The position numbers and the translations under genes are program-made. The notes below the pieces were generated by a model, which did no database searches, was not told where the DNA came from, and worked only from the letters and a program-made list of their open reading frames with translations. Shown here in pieces: positions 30,296 through 40,709 of a stretch of DNA of 64,000 nucleotides. Source of the stretch: an uncultured Thermomicrobiales bacterium (lineage in GTDB: Bacteria > Chloroflexota > Chloroflexia > Thermomicrobiales > UBA6265); contig CADCWE010000087.1 of NCBI GenBank assembly GCA_902806325.1, forward strand, positions 17,660 through 81,659, written 5' to 3'. Each line of letters begins with the position of its first letter. Within the stretch, counting starts at the first letter, position 1.

Positions 30296-30403
30296 GTGGT
30301 CCCCTTCGAGACGCGAGACGTGAGGATCGCGGCGGGAGGAATCGGGGATCGGAAGCGGGCAGCCCCGTCGTACTTCCGATGCCCGACTCCGCTTGGTTCG
30401 CGG

Positions 30404-31762
30404 CTACGGCCGTTGGTCCCACGGGGCGAGCGGGACGACCGGCTCGACGACGGCGAACTCCGGCGGGAACACGGTGCGGTATTGGCCGCCCTGGACCTGG
30501 ACGATAATGCCGCGGCCGAGCTCGTTCTGCTGGTTGTCGTCGAAGGTGACGCCGGTCCACGGCATGATCGTGTCGGCCTCGCCGAGGTTGGTGTCGACGA
30601 GCGCCTGGTGGATCGCCTCGGGATCGGTCGAGCAGGCGCGGTTGATCGCGTCGAGCAAGACCAGCATCCCGGTCAGGCCGCGGGCCGGGACGTCGTAGAG
30701 GTCTTTGCCGGTGGCGGCGCGGTACAACTCGTTGACCTGGCCGGCGACGGGCTTGACCTCGAAGATGTCCGGCGAGAAGGCGGAGCGGGTCGCGATGCCT
30801 TCGGCGTCGGCACCGACCGCCTCGACAAAGGCCGGATCGGCGTAGCCGGCGTCCTGGGCGACGATCATCTGCGGCAGGTAGCCGAGCTGGCGGGCGGTCT
30901 GGACGGTCAGGATCGCGTCGGTGGTGTAGGACGACGGGATCAGCACGTCCGCGGCCTGCTGCTGCAACGCCTGGACCTCGGCGGTCAGCGACGACGCGCC
31001 GGTGGCGTGGCGGACCTCGCCGGCGATGGTGAGCCCGCGCGTCCCGGCCTGCTCGGTTAGGGCGGCGGCGCTGTTGACCCCGAAGTCGGTGTCCTCGTAG
31101 AGCAGGGAGACGGTCTCGAGGCCGGCGCTCTGGTTGGCGTTCAGCGACTCGATGAAGTCGTAGATACCCTCGGAGAAGGTGCCGTCGTGCGGCGAGGTGC
31201 GGAAGAACCAGTAGTAGCCCTGCTCGGTTAGGTCGGGCGAGGAGGATTCGGCGTTCAGGAACGGGATCCCAGCGCGCTCGGCGGCGGTGCTGGCGGTGCG
31301 GGTGACGGCGCTGTTGTAGGCGCCGAAGAGCGCGACCACGTTCTCGTCCTCGATTAGCCGGGTCGCTTCCGACTGCCCGACCTCGGCCTGGCCCTGGCTA
31401 TCGGCAAAGACGAGCTCCACCTGGGCGCCGTCGAGGGTCGGCAGCCCGGCGCCGGCCGCCAGCGGCAGCGGCACCTCCGCCCGGTCCTCGTTGACGAACT
31501 CGACGGCCAGTTCGAGCGCCGCCCGCTCGTCGTTGCCGACGGTGGCGGCGGTACCACTGAGGGGCAGGATGACCCCGACCCGGACCACGCCGTCCTCCGG
31601 CGCCCCGGCCGCGTCGGGCGGGCACTCGACCGCGACGGGGGACGCCGCCGGCGTCGCGTCCTGGATCGCGCCCCGCGCCCCGCCCGCGCTCAGGGTCAGG
31701 ATCGGCGCGAGCAGCCCGACGACCGCCAGCGCGTTCCAATTCCACCGGTGATGACGTCGCAT
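30404..31762 (-). CDS. Leu/Ile/Val-type (PBP1) ABC transporter substrate-binding protein
   Basis: ATG follows AAGGAGGG. A signal peptide is present, then VRVGVILPLSGTAATVGNDERAALELAVEFVN, typical of LivJ/K-like binding proteins. Confidence 0.8.
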   Translation of the reverse strand: MRRHHRWNWNALAVVGLLAPILTLSAGGARGAIQDATPAASPVAVECPPDAAGAPEDGVVRVGVILPLSGTAATVGNDERAALELAVEFVNEDRAEVPLPLAAGAGLPTLDGAQVELVFADSQGQAEVGQSEATRLIEDENVVALFGAYNSAVTRTASTAAERAGIPFLNAESSSPDLTEQGYYWFFRTSPHDGTFSEGIYDFIESLNANQSAGLETVSLLYEDTDFGVNSAAALTEQAGTRGLTIAGEVRHATGASSLTAEVQALQQQAADVLIPSSYTTDAILTVQTARQLGYLPQMIVAQDAGYADPAFVEAVGADAEGIATRSAFSPDIFEVKPVAGQVNELYRAATGKDLYDVPARGLTGMLVLLDAINRACSTDPEAIHQALVDTNLGEADTIMPWTGVTFDDNQQNELGRGIIVQVQGGQYRTVFPPEFAVVEPVVPLAPWDQRP

Positions 31763-31870
31763 CCTGCCCTCCTTGGCGCGGCTACGGACGGACTCCCTCG
31801 ACGACGGAGATGGTACCCTCAGTTCTTTGTGTTCGCCCGCCCGCCTCCCAGCCGAACGCGGCGGCGACCC

Positions 31871-32674
31871 TCACGAGACCGCGAGCGCGGCCACCGGGAC
31901 GTCGGTGACGAGCATGTGTCCGGGCGCATGGGTCAGCATCAGCGGCGGCTTGGTCGCGATCGCGACCGCCTGCGGCGTTACCCCGCAGGCCCAAAAGACC
32001 GGAACGTCGCCCGGATGCATCGCCGGCGGGTCTCCCCACTCCGGCCGAGCGAGATCGGCGATCCCGAGGTCGGCCGGGTCGCCGACGTGGATCGGTCCGC
32101 CGTGGACCGCAGGGTAACGCTCCGTGATGGCGATCGCCTCGGCAACGCACCCGGGCGGCATCGGTCGCAGGGTCACAACGAGCGGGCCCTGGAACGGACC
32201 GGCCGGGGCGCAGGGGCGGTTCGTGCGGTACATCGGCACGTTGCGACCGGCTTCGACGTGGCGGACGGGCACCCCGGCGGCGATCAGGTCCCCCTCGAAG
32301 GTGAACGAGCAGCCGATCAGGAACGCGACCAAGTCGTCGCGCCAGAGGTCGAGCAGATCGTCGCGCTCCTCGACCAACTCGCCGTCGCGGTAGACGCGGT
32401 AGCGCGGGATATCGGTCCGGACGTCGGCGCCGGGCGCGATCTTGGGCGGTTCGGGCGAACCGGGCGCCGTCACGTCGAGGATCGGACACGGTTTGGGGTT
32501 GCGCTCGCAAAAGGAACGAAAATCCGCCGCCAGATGGCGCGGCAGGACCACCAGATTGGCCTGGGCGAACGCCGGCGCGAGCGCGGCGGTGTGGCCGCGG
32601 AAGGCGCCGGCGCGCACGGCCGCGCGGACGGTCCATGGATCGTTCAGCGCTTCGGGAGCAACCTGCGTCGCCAT
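31871..32674 (-). CDS. DUF1445/UPF0317 putative hydro-lyase (D-glutamate cyclase-like family)
   Basis: Start is at MATQVAPE (codon 21 of the listed ORF). The family pattern is [50 protein letters not shown]. Confidence 0.75.
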   Translation of the reverse strand: MATQVAPEALNDPWTVRAAVRAGAFRGHTAALAPAFAQANLVVLPRHLAADFRSFCERNPKPCPILDVTAPGSPEPPKIAPGADVRTDIPRYRVYRDGELVEERDDLLDLWRDDLVAFLIGCSFTFEGDLIAAGVPVRHVEAGRNVPMYRTNRPCAPAGPFQGPLVVTLRPMPPGCVAEAIAITERYPAVHGGPIHVGDPADLGIADLARPEWGDPPAMHPGDVPVFWACGVTPQAVAIATKPPLMLTHAPGHMLVTDVPVAALAVS

Positions 32675-32855
32675 ACCCACCTCGCTTCCCGACGACCCGG
32701 AAGCGCGGGCCTGAGCGGGGGCGGACGGTAGCACGGCGGATCGGGGCTGTCAATCGCGGTCTGACGGGCCGAGTGGTTCGGCGTTGGCGATGGTCGCCGA
32801 TGCCCGTACAATCCCATCCACCGTGTCGGCCGCCCTACCCAGGAGACCGCGTCCC

Positions 32856-34094
32856 ATGACCCAGGCTCCCCCTGCCTCCGGTCTGTCCGCCGCCACGCTG
32901 GACGCATTGCTGTCCACCCGGGGCAAGGATTTGCCGCCGCCGCGGATCGGCGACCCGCGCAAGTCCGCCGACCTGATCTCGTTCATGTCCGGGTTTCCGG
33001 ACCCCGCGTCACTGCCCGCCCAGCAGGTGGCGGAGGCGACCGCGCGGGCGATGGAGAAGGACGGCCGGTGGGCGCTGCAGTACGGCGCGACGATGGGCTA
33101 CACCGGGTTGGTCGACGCGCTGCTGGACAAATTGGGTCGCCACCAGGGGATCCGGGCCGGGCGCGAGAATGTGCTGATCACCGCCGGCGGATCGCAGGCG
33201 GTCGCCCTCACCCTGGACCTCTTGGTCGATCCCGGCGACACCGTGCTGATGGAAGAGCCGACCTGGATGGGGTTCGTCTACGCCTTGAACAACCTCGGCG
33301 CCAAGAGCGTCGGGGTGCCGGTCGACGAGCACGGCACCGACCTCGAGGCGCTGGAACGCGAGCTGAAGCGCCTCACGGCCGAAGGGGTCCGGCCGAAGCT
33401 GATCTACGTGATCCCGAACTTCCAGAACCCGAGCGGCGTTTCGACCACGCTGGCGCGGCGGAAGCGGATCGTCGAACTGGCGCACGAGTATGGGACGCTG
33501 ATCCTGGAAGACGACGCCTACTACGACCTCCGCTACGAGGGTGAATGGCTGCCGCCGATCTACACCCTGGATGAGGTCGGGCAGACCTTCTACCTCGGCA
33601 CGTTCTCCAAGATCATGGGGGCCGGGATGCGGCTGGGTTGGCTGGTCGCGCCGCCCGCGATCATCGGCAAGCTGGCGACCTTAAAGATCGACGGCGGAAC
33701 CAACGTCTTTGGCTCCCACGTCGCGGCCGAATGGGTGCCGCGCCACCTGGACGACCACATCGCCAAGCTGCGGGAAATCTACCGGCGGCGGCGGGATCTG
33801 ATGCTGGCGTCTCTGGCGCGGCACATGCCCGAAGGCACGACCTGGACGACGCCGGAGGGCGGCTTCTTTATCTGGGTCACGTTCCCGGAGGGCGTCGACA
33901 CGGTCAAGATGCTGCCCCAGGCCCGGGAGCGGGGCGTCGAGTTCCTGCCCGGTCGCACCTGCTACGCCCAGGACCGGGGGCACCGGTTCCTCCGCTTGTC
34001 GTACTCCTTCGCCGAGGACGAGCAGATCGACGACGGTATCCGGATCGTCGGCGAAATCGCGCGGGGCGAGCTGCTGGAGACGGGCCGCGCGTAG
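32856..34094 (+). CDS. PLP-dependent aminotransferase, class I/II (2-aminoadipate/aromatic aminotransferase-like)
   Basis: ATG at 32856 follows AGGAGA. The motifs are NPSG, the PLP lysine in GTFSKIMGAGMRLGW, and RLSY near the C-terminus. Confidence 0.8.
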   Translation: MTQAPPASGLSAATLDALLSTRGKDLPPPRIGDPRKSADLISFMSGFPDPASLPAQQVAEATARAMEKDGRWALQYGATMGYTGLVDALLDKLGRHQGIRAGRENVLITAGGSQAVALTLDLLVDPGDTVLMEEPTWMGFVYALNNLGAKSVGVPVDEHGTDLEALERELKRLTAEGVRPKLIYVIPNFQNPSGVSTTLARRKRIVELAHEYGTLILEDDAYYDLRYEGEWLPPIYTLDEVGQTFYLGTFSKIMGAGMRLGWLVAPPAIIGKLATLKIDGGTNVFGSHVAAEWVPRHLDDHIAKLREIYRRRRDLMLASLARHMPEGTTWTTPEGGFFIWVTFPEGVDTVKMLPQARERGVEFLPGRTCYAQDRGHRFLRLSYSFAEDEQIDDGIRIVGEIARGELLETGRA

Positions 34095-34384
34095 GGAACG
34101 GGACCAACGGGCCGCCTGTCCCGGAACCGGGACTCCTTTCCCCTCGATGGGTAGTTCGGAGCGCCGCGAAGGATCGCTTGCCCGTGGGCGACTGCGGCGG
34201 CGGGCGATGCTTCGCCGCGCTCGGCACGATGGACGGCGGCCGCCCGGGACTGCAACGCCGGGCCGGTTGAATCGGGTGAATCGGCGACGCCGCGTCGCTT
34301 GGTCGGGATCCCCCGCTCCCGGACCGGCGGCGCCATCGCAGACCGGCGCTCGGTCGAGGTCGGCGCGTCCACATCAAACCCGGT

Positions 34385-34413
34385 TTGACAGACGGACACG
34401 GTGTACGTATGCT
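34385..34413 (+). promoter_or_regulatory. near-consensus sigma70-type promoter upstream of the histidine kinase
   Basis: TTGACA (34385-34390), a 17-nt spacer, then TATGCT (34408-34413). It lies about 100 nt upstream of the ATG at 34517. Confidence 0.45.
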
Positions 34414-34516
34414 GGATTCACCAGTTCCCCGCCTGGATGATGGGCCGTGATTGGGCGTCCCCGTGCCCGACCGGTGTCGCTCGCCGACGCCCGAAAACCC
34501 CGCGGAAAGGTCGCCG

Positions 34517-36670
34517 ATGGCCGCGTCGGTTCCTCGAATGAAGGGACGGATTCCGGCTGGGACCGTGCGCTGGGTTCGCGGTTCCCGGGTGCCGGACTGG
34601 CTGCGGCCGGCGCGGGGCGTGGGCCGACGGGTGCGGCGGCTGGCCGGCGGTGCGGGCGCCTGGCTGCCGGACGTGGTCGCCGAGCCGTGGCGGGTGGTCG
34701 TCGGCGCCCTCGGGGTGCTGGTGCCGGGGTTGGTCTTCGCGGCGTTCGGGTCGGCGACGTCGCCGGTCGCGCCGAGCCTGATCCTGCTGGTGGCGATCGC
34801 GTTCTCGACCTACCTCGCCGACTGGCCGGGCGGCGTCACCGCCTGGACACTGGCCGCCCTGATCGGCGACCTCTGCTTCGTCGGCGACCCGTGGCGGTTT
34901 GACGCCCCGCGGACCGCCGACGAGGCGTTCGGTCTGGCGACGTTGCTCGGCGGCGGGATCGCGCTCGCCTGGCTGGTCGAGCGCCTGAAACGGGAAAGCG
35001 CGGACGACCGCCTGGCCGCCGCCGCCGCCCGGGCCGCCGCCGACGCCCTGGCGGTGCTCGAAACGGTCGCCGCGCGGCCGGCAACCGACGGCTCCGGGGG
35101 CAGGATCGCGGACGCGCTGGTGACGGCGATGGTGCGCTTCAATCGCGCCCATGTCGGGGCGTTGTACCTGGTCGACGGGAACGGTCGCCTGTGCAGGTCG
35201 GCCGAATACGGGGCGGGTGACGCCGCGCTGGCGTTGCCGGCGGCGATCGGGGCGGCGGACGGCCTGACCGGTGTGGTCGCCGCCGGGCGCCACCCGGTCG
35301 GGGTGCGCGACATCCTTAGCGACCCGCGCTTCGAAGGAGACCCGTGGCGCCTGACGGGGGCGCGGGCGATCCTCGGCGTGCCGTTGATGGCCGACGATCG
35401 GTTGCTCGGCGTGGCCGTCGTTGGGTTGCTGGTGCCGCACCGGTTCTCCCGCACGGATACCGCCAAGCTGGAAGCGGTCGCCGGCCGGGGGGCGGCGCTG
35501 CTGGCCGCCGCCGAGCAAGCCGGGCGGCGAGAAGCCCTGCTCGGCACCGCCCGCGCGGAGCAACGGCGCCTGGGGGCGATCATCGGCGCGATGCCGGAAG
35601 CGGTGGTGATCGGGGAACCGCCGGACGGGCGGATCGTCGCCGTCAACCGCGCGGCCGAGGCGTTGCTGGGGACCCCTCACGAGGCGCCCGGCGGCGACGT
35701 CTGGGCGGTCTTGCGGCTGCCGGACGGGTCGCCCATCCCGGCGTCCGACACGCCGCTCGGGCGCGCCCTCGGGACCGGTGGGGTAGCCAGCGGGACCGAG
35801 TTGCTGGTCCGCCGCGAGGGCCGTCCCGACGTCCCCGTGCTCGCCAGTGCCGCGCCGTTGACGCGGGCCGACGGGGCAGTGGCCGCGGTGGTCGCGGTGT
35901 TCCAGAACATCGCGCCGCTGAAAGAGGCCGAGCGGTTGAAGGACGAGTTCGTGTCGGTGGTCTCCCACGAGTTGCGTTCGCCCCTAACGCCGATCCGCGG
36001 CTTCGTCCAGCTCGTCGCCCGGGAGCTGGAGCGGGAGGGCGGGCACGCCGTCCACGTCACCCGGCTGCGGTCGCTGGAAACCCAGGTCGACCGTGTCACC
36101 CGCTTGATCGATGACCTGCTGGACGTGTCGCGGCTGCGCGCCGGTCGCCTCGACATCCGTCCCGAACCGACCGACCTGATGGCGGTCTGCCGCGACCTGG
36201 TCGCGATTCGCGCCACCGCCGCGCCGGATCACCGGATCACGTATTCCGCCTCGGGTCCGCCGGTCGTCGGGGTCTGGGATCCGGACCGGCTGACCCAGGT
36301 GGTGGACAATCTGATCGGCAACGCGATCAAGTACGGGCCGACGGGTGGCCAGGTCACCGTTTCGCTGGCGGTCGACGAGGGCGCCAACGAGGCCGTGCTC
36401 GACGTTTCCGACGACGGTCCCGGGATCCCGGTCGCCGACCAGCCCCACGTCTTCTCGGCGTTCTACCGGACGAAAGACGCCGCCGAGAGCCGGGTCGCCG
36501 GTCTCGGCCTCGGGTTGTTCATCTGCCACGAGCTGGTCACGGCCCACGGCGGCACGATCGCCGCCCGTACCGCGCCGTCCGGCGGGGCGTCGTTCGTGGT
36601 CCGGTTGCCGTTGTCACCGGCGGACCGGACGACCGCGCCGGAAGTCCGGGAGACGATGACGGCGGCGTAG
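34517..36670 (+). CDS. sensor histidine kinase (membrane N-terminus + GAF + PAS + HisKA + HATPase_c), no adjacent response regulator
   Basis: ATG at 34517 follows GGAAAGG. The H-box is SHELRSPLTPIRGF, the N-box is DNLIGNAIKYG, and the G-boxes are DDGPGIP and GLGLGLFICHELV. The GAF-like segment is LYLVDGNGRL..ILGVPLMADDRLLGV. The PAS-like segment is IIGAMPEAVVIGEPPDGRIVAVNRAAEALLG. Confidence 0.8.
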   Translation: MAASVPRMKGRIPAGTVRWVRGSRVPDWLRPARGVGRRVRRLAGGAGAWLPDVVAEPWRVVVGALGVLVPGLVFAAFGSATSPVAPSLILLVAIAFSTYLADWPGGVTAWTLAALIGDLCFVGDPWRFDAPRTADEAFGLATLLGGGIALAWLVERLKRESADDRLAAAAARAAADALAVLETVAARPATDGSGGRIADALVTAMVRFNRAHVGALYLVDGNGRLCRSAEYGAGDAALALPAAIGAADGLTGVVAAGRHPVGVRDILSDPRFEGDPWRLTGARAILGVPLMADDRLLGVAVVGLLVPHRFSRTDTAKLEAVAGRGAALLAAAEQAGRREALLGTARAEQRRLGAIIGAMPEAVVIGEPPDGRIVAVNRAAEALLGTPHEAPGGDVWAVLRLPDGSPIPASDTPLGRALGTGGVASGTELLVRREGRPDVPVLASAAPLTRADGAVAAVVAVFQNIAPLKEAERLKDEFVSVVSHELRSPLTPIRGFVQLVARELEREGGHAVHVTRLRSLETQVDRVTRLIDDLLDVSRLRAGRLDIRPEPTDLMAVCRDLVAIRATAAPDHRITYSASGPPVVGVWDPDRLTQVVDNLIGNAIKYGPTGGQVTVSLAVDEGANEAVLDVSDDGPGIPVADQPHVFSAFYRTKDAAESRVAGLGLGLFICHELVTAHGGTIAARTAPSGGASFVVRLPLSPADRTTAPEVRETMTAA

Positions 36671-36678
36671 TGCCGGTG

Positions 36679-38169
36679 CTACCGGCGCCGCAGCAGCGAA
36701 AACCCGGCCGGGATCACGGCCATCGCAGCAACGACTCCGATGCCGCCCAGCAGCCACGGCAGCAGATCGCTGCGGGCGCCCGCGCCCGCCGTATCGTCGG
36801 GTCGCGCGATCGCGGCGCCACCCGGTCCAACCCGTGACGACACGCGGCCGGGTGCTGGCGGCTCGGGGACGGCCTCCGCGCTCGCGGAGGCCGTCGGCAA
36901 GGGTACCAGCGAGCCGACGGCGACGGGATCCCGCAACGCGGCGCCGGTTGGGGCGATCGGCACCGTTGGGGCGGAATCGAAACCGGTGGTCGCTCGCGGC
37001 GGCGGCGGCGGCGTTGGGACCGGTGTCGCGTCGGGTCCGCCGGTGCCATCCGACCCGACGATGGCCGGGCCAGTCCCGCCGACCCCGGTTCGACCGCCAG
37101 CGCTGGCGGTTGGATTGCCGTCCGCCGGTTGGACAGCCGAACCCGGATCGCTCACGCCTCCGATCGGTTCGTCTTCGGATGAGCGGTCGCGCTCGGAGGA
37201 GATCGGTTCGGCGGGAGCGGCGGTTGGGTCGCCGGACGGCGCCGGCGTGGGATCGAGCGGCAGGGCTTCTTCGGAGGCCAGCACCAGGGTGCTGGCGGAG
37301 GCCAGGAACTCGCCGGTCTTCCCGTCGGTGAGGACGAACCCGATCCGACGGTCGGTTTCCGTGCGCGGGGCGACCCACCCGAGCACGAAGCCACCCGCGC
37401 CGTCGTAGGTGCCGGTGCCCGTATCGAGGAACAGCCCCGCGTCGGCGGTCAAGACGGCCCCGGACGTGCCCCAAACGTCCAGGAACGTGGTCTCGCCACC
37501 GGCCACGGTATCGGGCGCCCAGACCGCCGCCGAGCCGGGATCCGGATCGGGGTCCGATTCTGGCCCGGGGATTGGGACCGGATCGACTTCCGGTTCTGGT
37601 CCGGGAACCGGTTCCAATTCCTGGTCTGGTCCGGCGGCGCCGCCGGCACCGTCGGGCGGCGGCGGAACCTGAGCGGTCAACGGCATGAGGGCGTTGGCGA
37701 GCGAGAGGCTGTCGGTGTCAAGCAGGTTCTGGCTGTTTACCGAATAGACCACGTCCCCGACCCGCCAGTAGACGAGGTCGTAGGCCGAGGTCAGGTCGTG
37801 GTAGGCAACGGCGCCGGCGACGGTGGCGTTCGGCAACAACTGGACGTTGCGGTCGTAGGCGGAGTAATCGGGGATGTCACCGCCGGCGGTGCCGGTGATC
37901 TCGAGGAACGTCGGCGGGCCTCCCCAGTTCACCCAATAGAGGGCATACCCACCACCCCAGGCGGAGATGCTTGGTTCGCCGGCGAAGGGCGCCGGCACCC
38001 AGCCCGGCACCAGCACGTCGAAGCCCGCATCGAGCCGCGCCGCCGACTCCGCACTCAACCACTCCGGCGTTCCCTGGGCGTTCGCCGGCCGGGCGAAGGG
38101 AGCCGCGGTCGACACCAGGAGGGCGAGGAGGATCGGCGTGGCGAGAACGACGGGCCGGAGCCTTTCCAC
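36679..38169 (-). CDS. secreted/anchored hypothetical protein with N-terminal signal and a C-terminal TM-plus-basic tail
   Basis: GTG at 38167-38169 follows AGGAG at 10 nt. The signal is LRPVVLATPILLALLVSTAAPFARPANAQG. A globular N-domain is followed by Pro/Asp-rich spacers. The C-terminus is LLPWLLGGIGVVAAMAVIPAGFSLLRRR. No family recognised. An alternative ATG at 38334 has atypical codon usage. Confidence 0.6.
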   Translation of the reverse strand: MERLRPVVLATPILLALLVSTAAPFARPANAQGTPEWLSAESAARLDAGFDVLVPGWVPAPFAGEPSISAWGGGYALYWVNWGGPPTFLEITGTAGGDIPDYSAYDRNVQLLPNATVAGAVAYHDLTSAYDLVYWRVGDVVYSVNSQNLLDTDSLSLANALMPLTAQVPPPPDGAGGAAGPDQELEPVPGPEPEVDPVPIPGPESDPDPDPGSAAVWAPDTVAGGETTFLDVWGTSGAVLTADAGLFLDTGTGTYDGAGGFVLGWVAPRTETDRRIGFVLTDGKTGEFLASASTLVLASEEALPLDPTPAPSGDPTAAPAEPISSERDRSSEDEPIGGVSDPGSAVQPADGNPTASAGGRTGVGGTGPAIVGSDGTGGPDATPVPTPPPPPRATTGFDSAPTVPIAPTGAALRDPVAVGSLVPLPTASASAEAVPEPPAPGRVSSRVGPGGAAIARPDDTAGAGARSDLLPWLLGGIGVVAAMAVIPAGFSLLRRR

Positions 38170-38340
38170 GCGGCGATGACTCCTCTGGTCCGTCGTTGCG
38201 ATGGGTGGAGCGGAGCGCCGTGCTTCGCGATCCACCGCTCCCCCCAGAACGCGATGGGGGCGCCGCGTTCCACGCCGTGCACCTCCATCAAAGACACGCC
38301 GTAGGGAAGAGAGGGTACCACCGATGCACGACATCGTCGG

Positions 38341-40563
38341 TTAGCCGTTGCCGCTGTTGCCGCCGTTGCCGCGCTCGCGATTGGCGTCGTCCTCGTCCAC
38401 GAGAGCAGGAGGCGCGTCCTCGGTCACGGCGCCCGGATCAGGGTTGTCGCTGTCGGCGGCCGAGACCGCGATGCCGCCGGGCACCTCGATGCTGGCGTCG
38501 CCGAGCAGGATCCAGGGCGGCATGTTTTCTTCGCCGGTCGGGGAGCGATTGGTGAAGGTGATCGTGTTCCGACCCGATCGGAACACCATCGCCGGGATCG
38601 CGGTGGTGAGCGTTTGCCAGTTGGCGTCCGCACCGTCGCCGTAGCCGACCCCGTTCCAATCGGGGAACGGACTGGCGTCGTCGTAGACGGTCTGCCCATT
38701 GACTTCGATCCGCATCGCGGTGTCCTCGGCCATCATCTCGTCGTCGAGACCGGTGACGCTGAAGATCGGGTCGCCGGTCGGCGCTTGGTCGAGCGTGAAC
38801 GAGAGCGAGGCGCTGGATTTCCCGCTCTCGCCGCCGTACAGCGCCACCCACGGCCGACCGTAGTAGTCGCCATCGCCGTTGAAGGAGCCGCCGTCCCAGT
38901 TCTGAGCGGCGAACGAGACGGTGGAGCTTCCCGCGCTGGCCCCCCCCGAACCAGACCGGGCGGTGGGTGCCGAAGACGAGTCCACAGCGGTCGAGTCGCC
39001 AACGGGTTGGATCGGTGGGTCGCCGCTGGGGTCGTCCTCGACCACGGGCGCCGGGGCGGTAGTCGGGGCGGGCGGCAGCGGCGTTTGGGTGGGCGCGGGC
39101 CGGGGCGTCGGGAGCGGGGCTTCGGTCGGCGGAGGCGCGGTGTTGGTCGGCGGGACCGGGGTCCGCGTCGCGGTCGGGAGGGCGGTCGGGGTCGGCGGCA
39201 CGCGCGTCGCCGTGGCCGGAACCGTCGCGGTCGGCGGCACCGCGGTGGCGGTCGCGGGCTGGGTGGTGGCGCTGACCGCCGGGGTCCTGGTCGGCAGGTT
39301 CAACGAGATGGAAAGCGCGGTCGGCTTCGGATCAGCGGCCAGCGCGACCGGGCGCGTCGCGGATCCGGAGCCACCGTTCGCTCCACCGTTGTCCCCGCCT
39401 CTCCCGGCGAGACCGCCCATGTTGGCCGCCAGCACCCCGGCCAAGGCCACCAGGGCCAACCCGAGGACCACCACCGGTGCCAACCACGGACGTTCCCGGC
39501 GGAGGCGGAGCGGGAGCGGCGGCGGCGGGGTGGCCTTGGCGCGCGGGCGGGTCTCCGGCGCCGCCGCTGTCTGGCGACTCGCCGGGACAAAGCGCGATCC
39601 TGCAACCGCCGGCCCGATCTGGGTCGCCTCGTCGCCAATGGCGGAAACGTGTGCCGTCGCTTGGTCGGCGCCGCGCTCGCCGAGGATCTCGGCCAGCCCG
39701 GTGTCCATCGCGGCGGCGGAGGCGAACCGGTCGCCCGGGTCCTTGGCCAGCGCCCGCAGGATGAGGCCGTCGACCTCCGGCGGCACGTTCGCCCACGGGG
39801 CGACCTCGTTCAGGGACGGCGGCGGTTTCTGGATGTGGGCCAGCATCACCGCCATCGGGTTCGCCGCCTCGAAGGGGGGCCGGCCGGTCAGGAGTTCGAA
39901 CAGCACCGCGCCGACGGCATAGAGATCGGTCGCTTCCGACAGCACGCCCCCGCGCGCCTGCTCCGGCGCCATGTACGACGCGGTGCCGACCGTCGTGCCC
40001 TGGCGGGTCAGCGACCCGTCCTCGCGGGCCTGGGCGACGCCGAAGTCGGTCACGCGGGCGATGCCGTCGCGCCCAAGCAGCACGTTTTGGGGCTTGATGT
40101 CGCGGTGGATGATCCCGGCCGCGTGGATCGCGGTCAGGCCCCGCAGCACCTGGCGCACGATTCGGACGGCTTCTGGCCACGGCAGGGGACCATCGGTGAC
40201 CAGCACCTGCTTCAGGTTCTGCCCAGGCACGTAGCGCATCGCGATGAAGAACGTGCCGTCGTCGTCGCCGTAGTCGTAGACATCGACCACGTTCGGGTGG
40301 GAGATCGAGGCGGCGACGCGGGCCTCGCGTTCGAACCGGGCGACGAACGTCCGATCGGCGGCGAAATTGGCGCGCAAGATCTTGAGCGCGACGACGCGGC
40401 CGAGGCGGATATCGCGCGCCCGGTAGGTGATCGAGAACGCGCCCTCGCCGATGGACCGATCGCGCTCGTAGCGCCCGCCGACGAGCGCGATCGGGCGCGC
40501 CGATGCCGCCGGCTCGGGGGTCGGGTCGCTGGCGCGGTCGTGGTTCCGGTGCGGGACCTCCAC
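38341..40563 (-). CDS. Ser/Thr protein kinase (PknB-like) with one TM segment and an uncharacterised extracellular domain
   Basis: The Hanks kinase motifs are GEGAFSITY, VALKIL, HRDIKPQNVLL, DFGVA and YMAPEQ. The TM segment is WLAPVVVLGLALVALAGVLAA. A Thr/Pro-rich linker leads to a C-terminal domain of about 190 aa (FAAQNWDGGSF..WVALYGG..RIEVNGQTVYDD..ITFTNRSP). GTG start. Confidence 0.85.
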   Translation of the reverse strand: MEVPHRNHDRASDPTPEPAASARPIALVGGRYERDRSIGEGAFSITYRARDIRLGRVVALKILRANFAADRTFVARFEREARVAASISHPNVVDVYDYGDDDGTFFIAMRYVPGQNLKQVLVTDGPLPWPEAVRIVRQVLRGLTAIHAAGIIHRDIKPQNVLLGRDGIARVTDFGVAQAREDGSLTRQGTTVGTASYMAPEQARGGVLSEATDLYAVGAVLFELLTGRPPFEAANPMAVMLAHIQKPPPSLNEVAPWANVPPEVDGLILRALAKDPGDRFASAAAMDTGLAEILGERGADQATAHVSAIGDEATQIGPAVAGSRFVPASRQTAAAPETRPRAKATPPPPLPLRLRRERPWLAPVVVLGLALVALAGVLAANMGGLAGRGGDNGGANGGSGSATRPVALAADPKPTALSISLNLPTRTPAVSATTQPATATAVPPTATVPATATRVPPTPTALPTATRTPVPPTNTAPPPTEAPLPTPRPAPTQTPLPPAPTTAPAPVVEDDPSGDPPIQPVGDSTAVDSSSAPTARSGSGGASAGSSTVSFAAQNWDGGSFNGDGDYYGRPWVALYGGESGKSSASLSFTLDQAPTGDPIFSVTGLDDEMMAEDTAMRIEVNGQTVYDDASPFPDWNGVGYGDGADANWQTLTTAIPAMVFRSGRNTITFTNRSPTGEENMPPWILLGDASIEVPGGIAVSAADSDNPDPGAVTEDAPPALVDEDDANRERGNGGNSGNG

Positions 40564-40709
40564 GCGGCGAACGTCTCCCTGGTGAGGTGATGCCCAGAAT
40601 GGGTAGCGGGTCCGTTCCCGGTCCTACAACGCAGGAGGGGTGCCGACGGTTCCGCATGCGCGAGCAGAGTGGCCGACGGGTTGGCTTGATAGCCGACCCT
40701 GGGGAGGCA

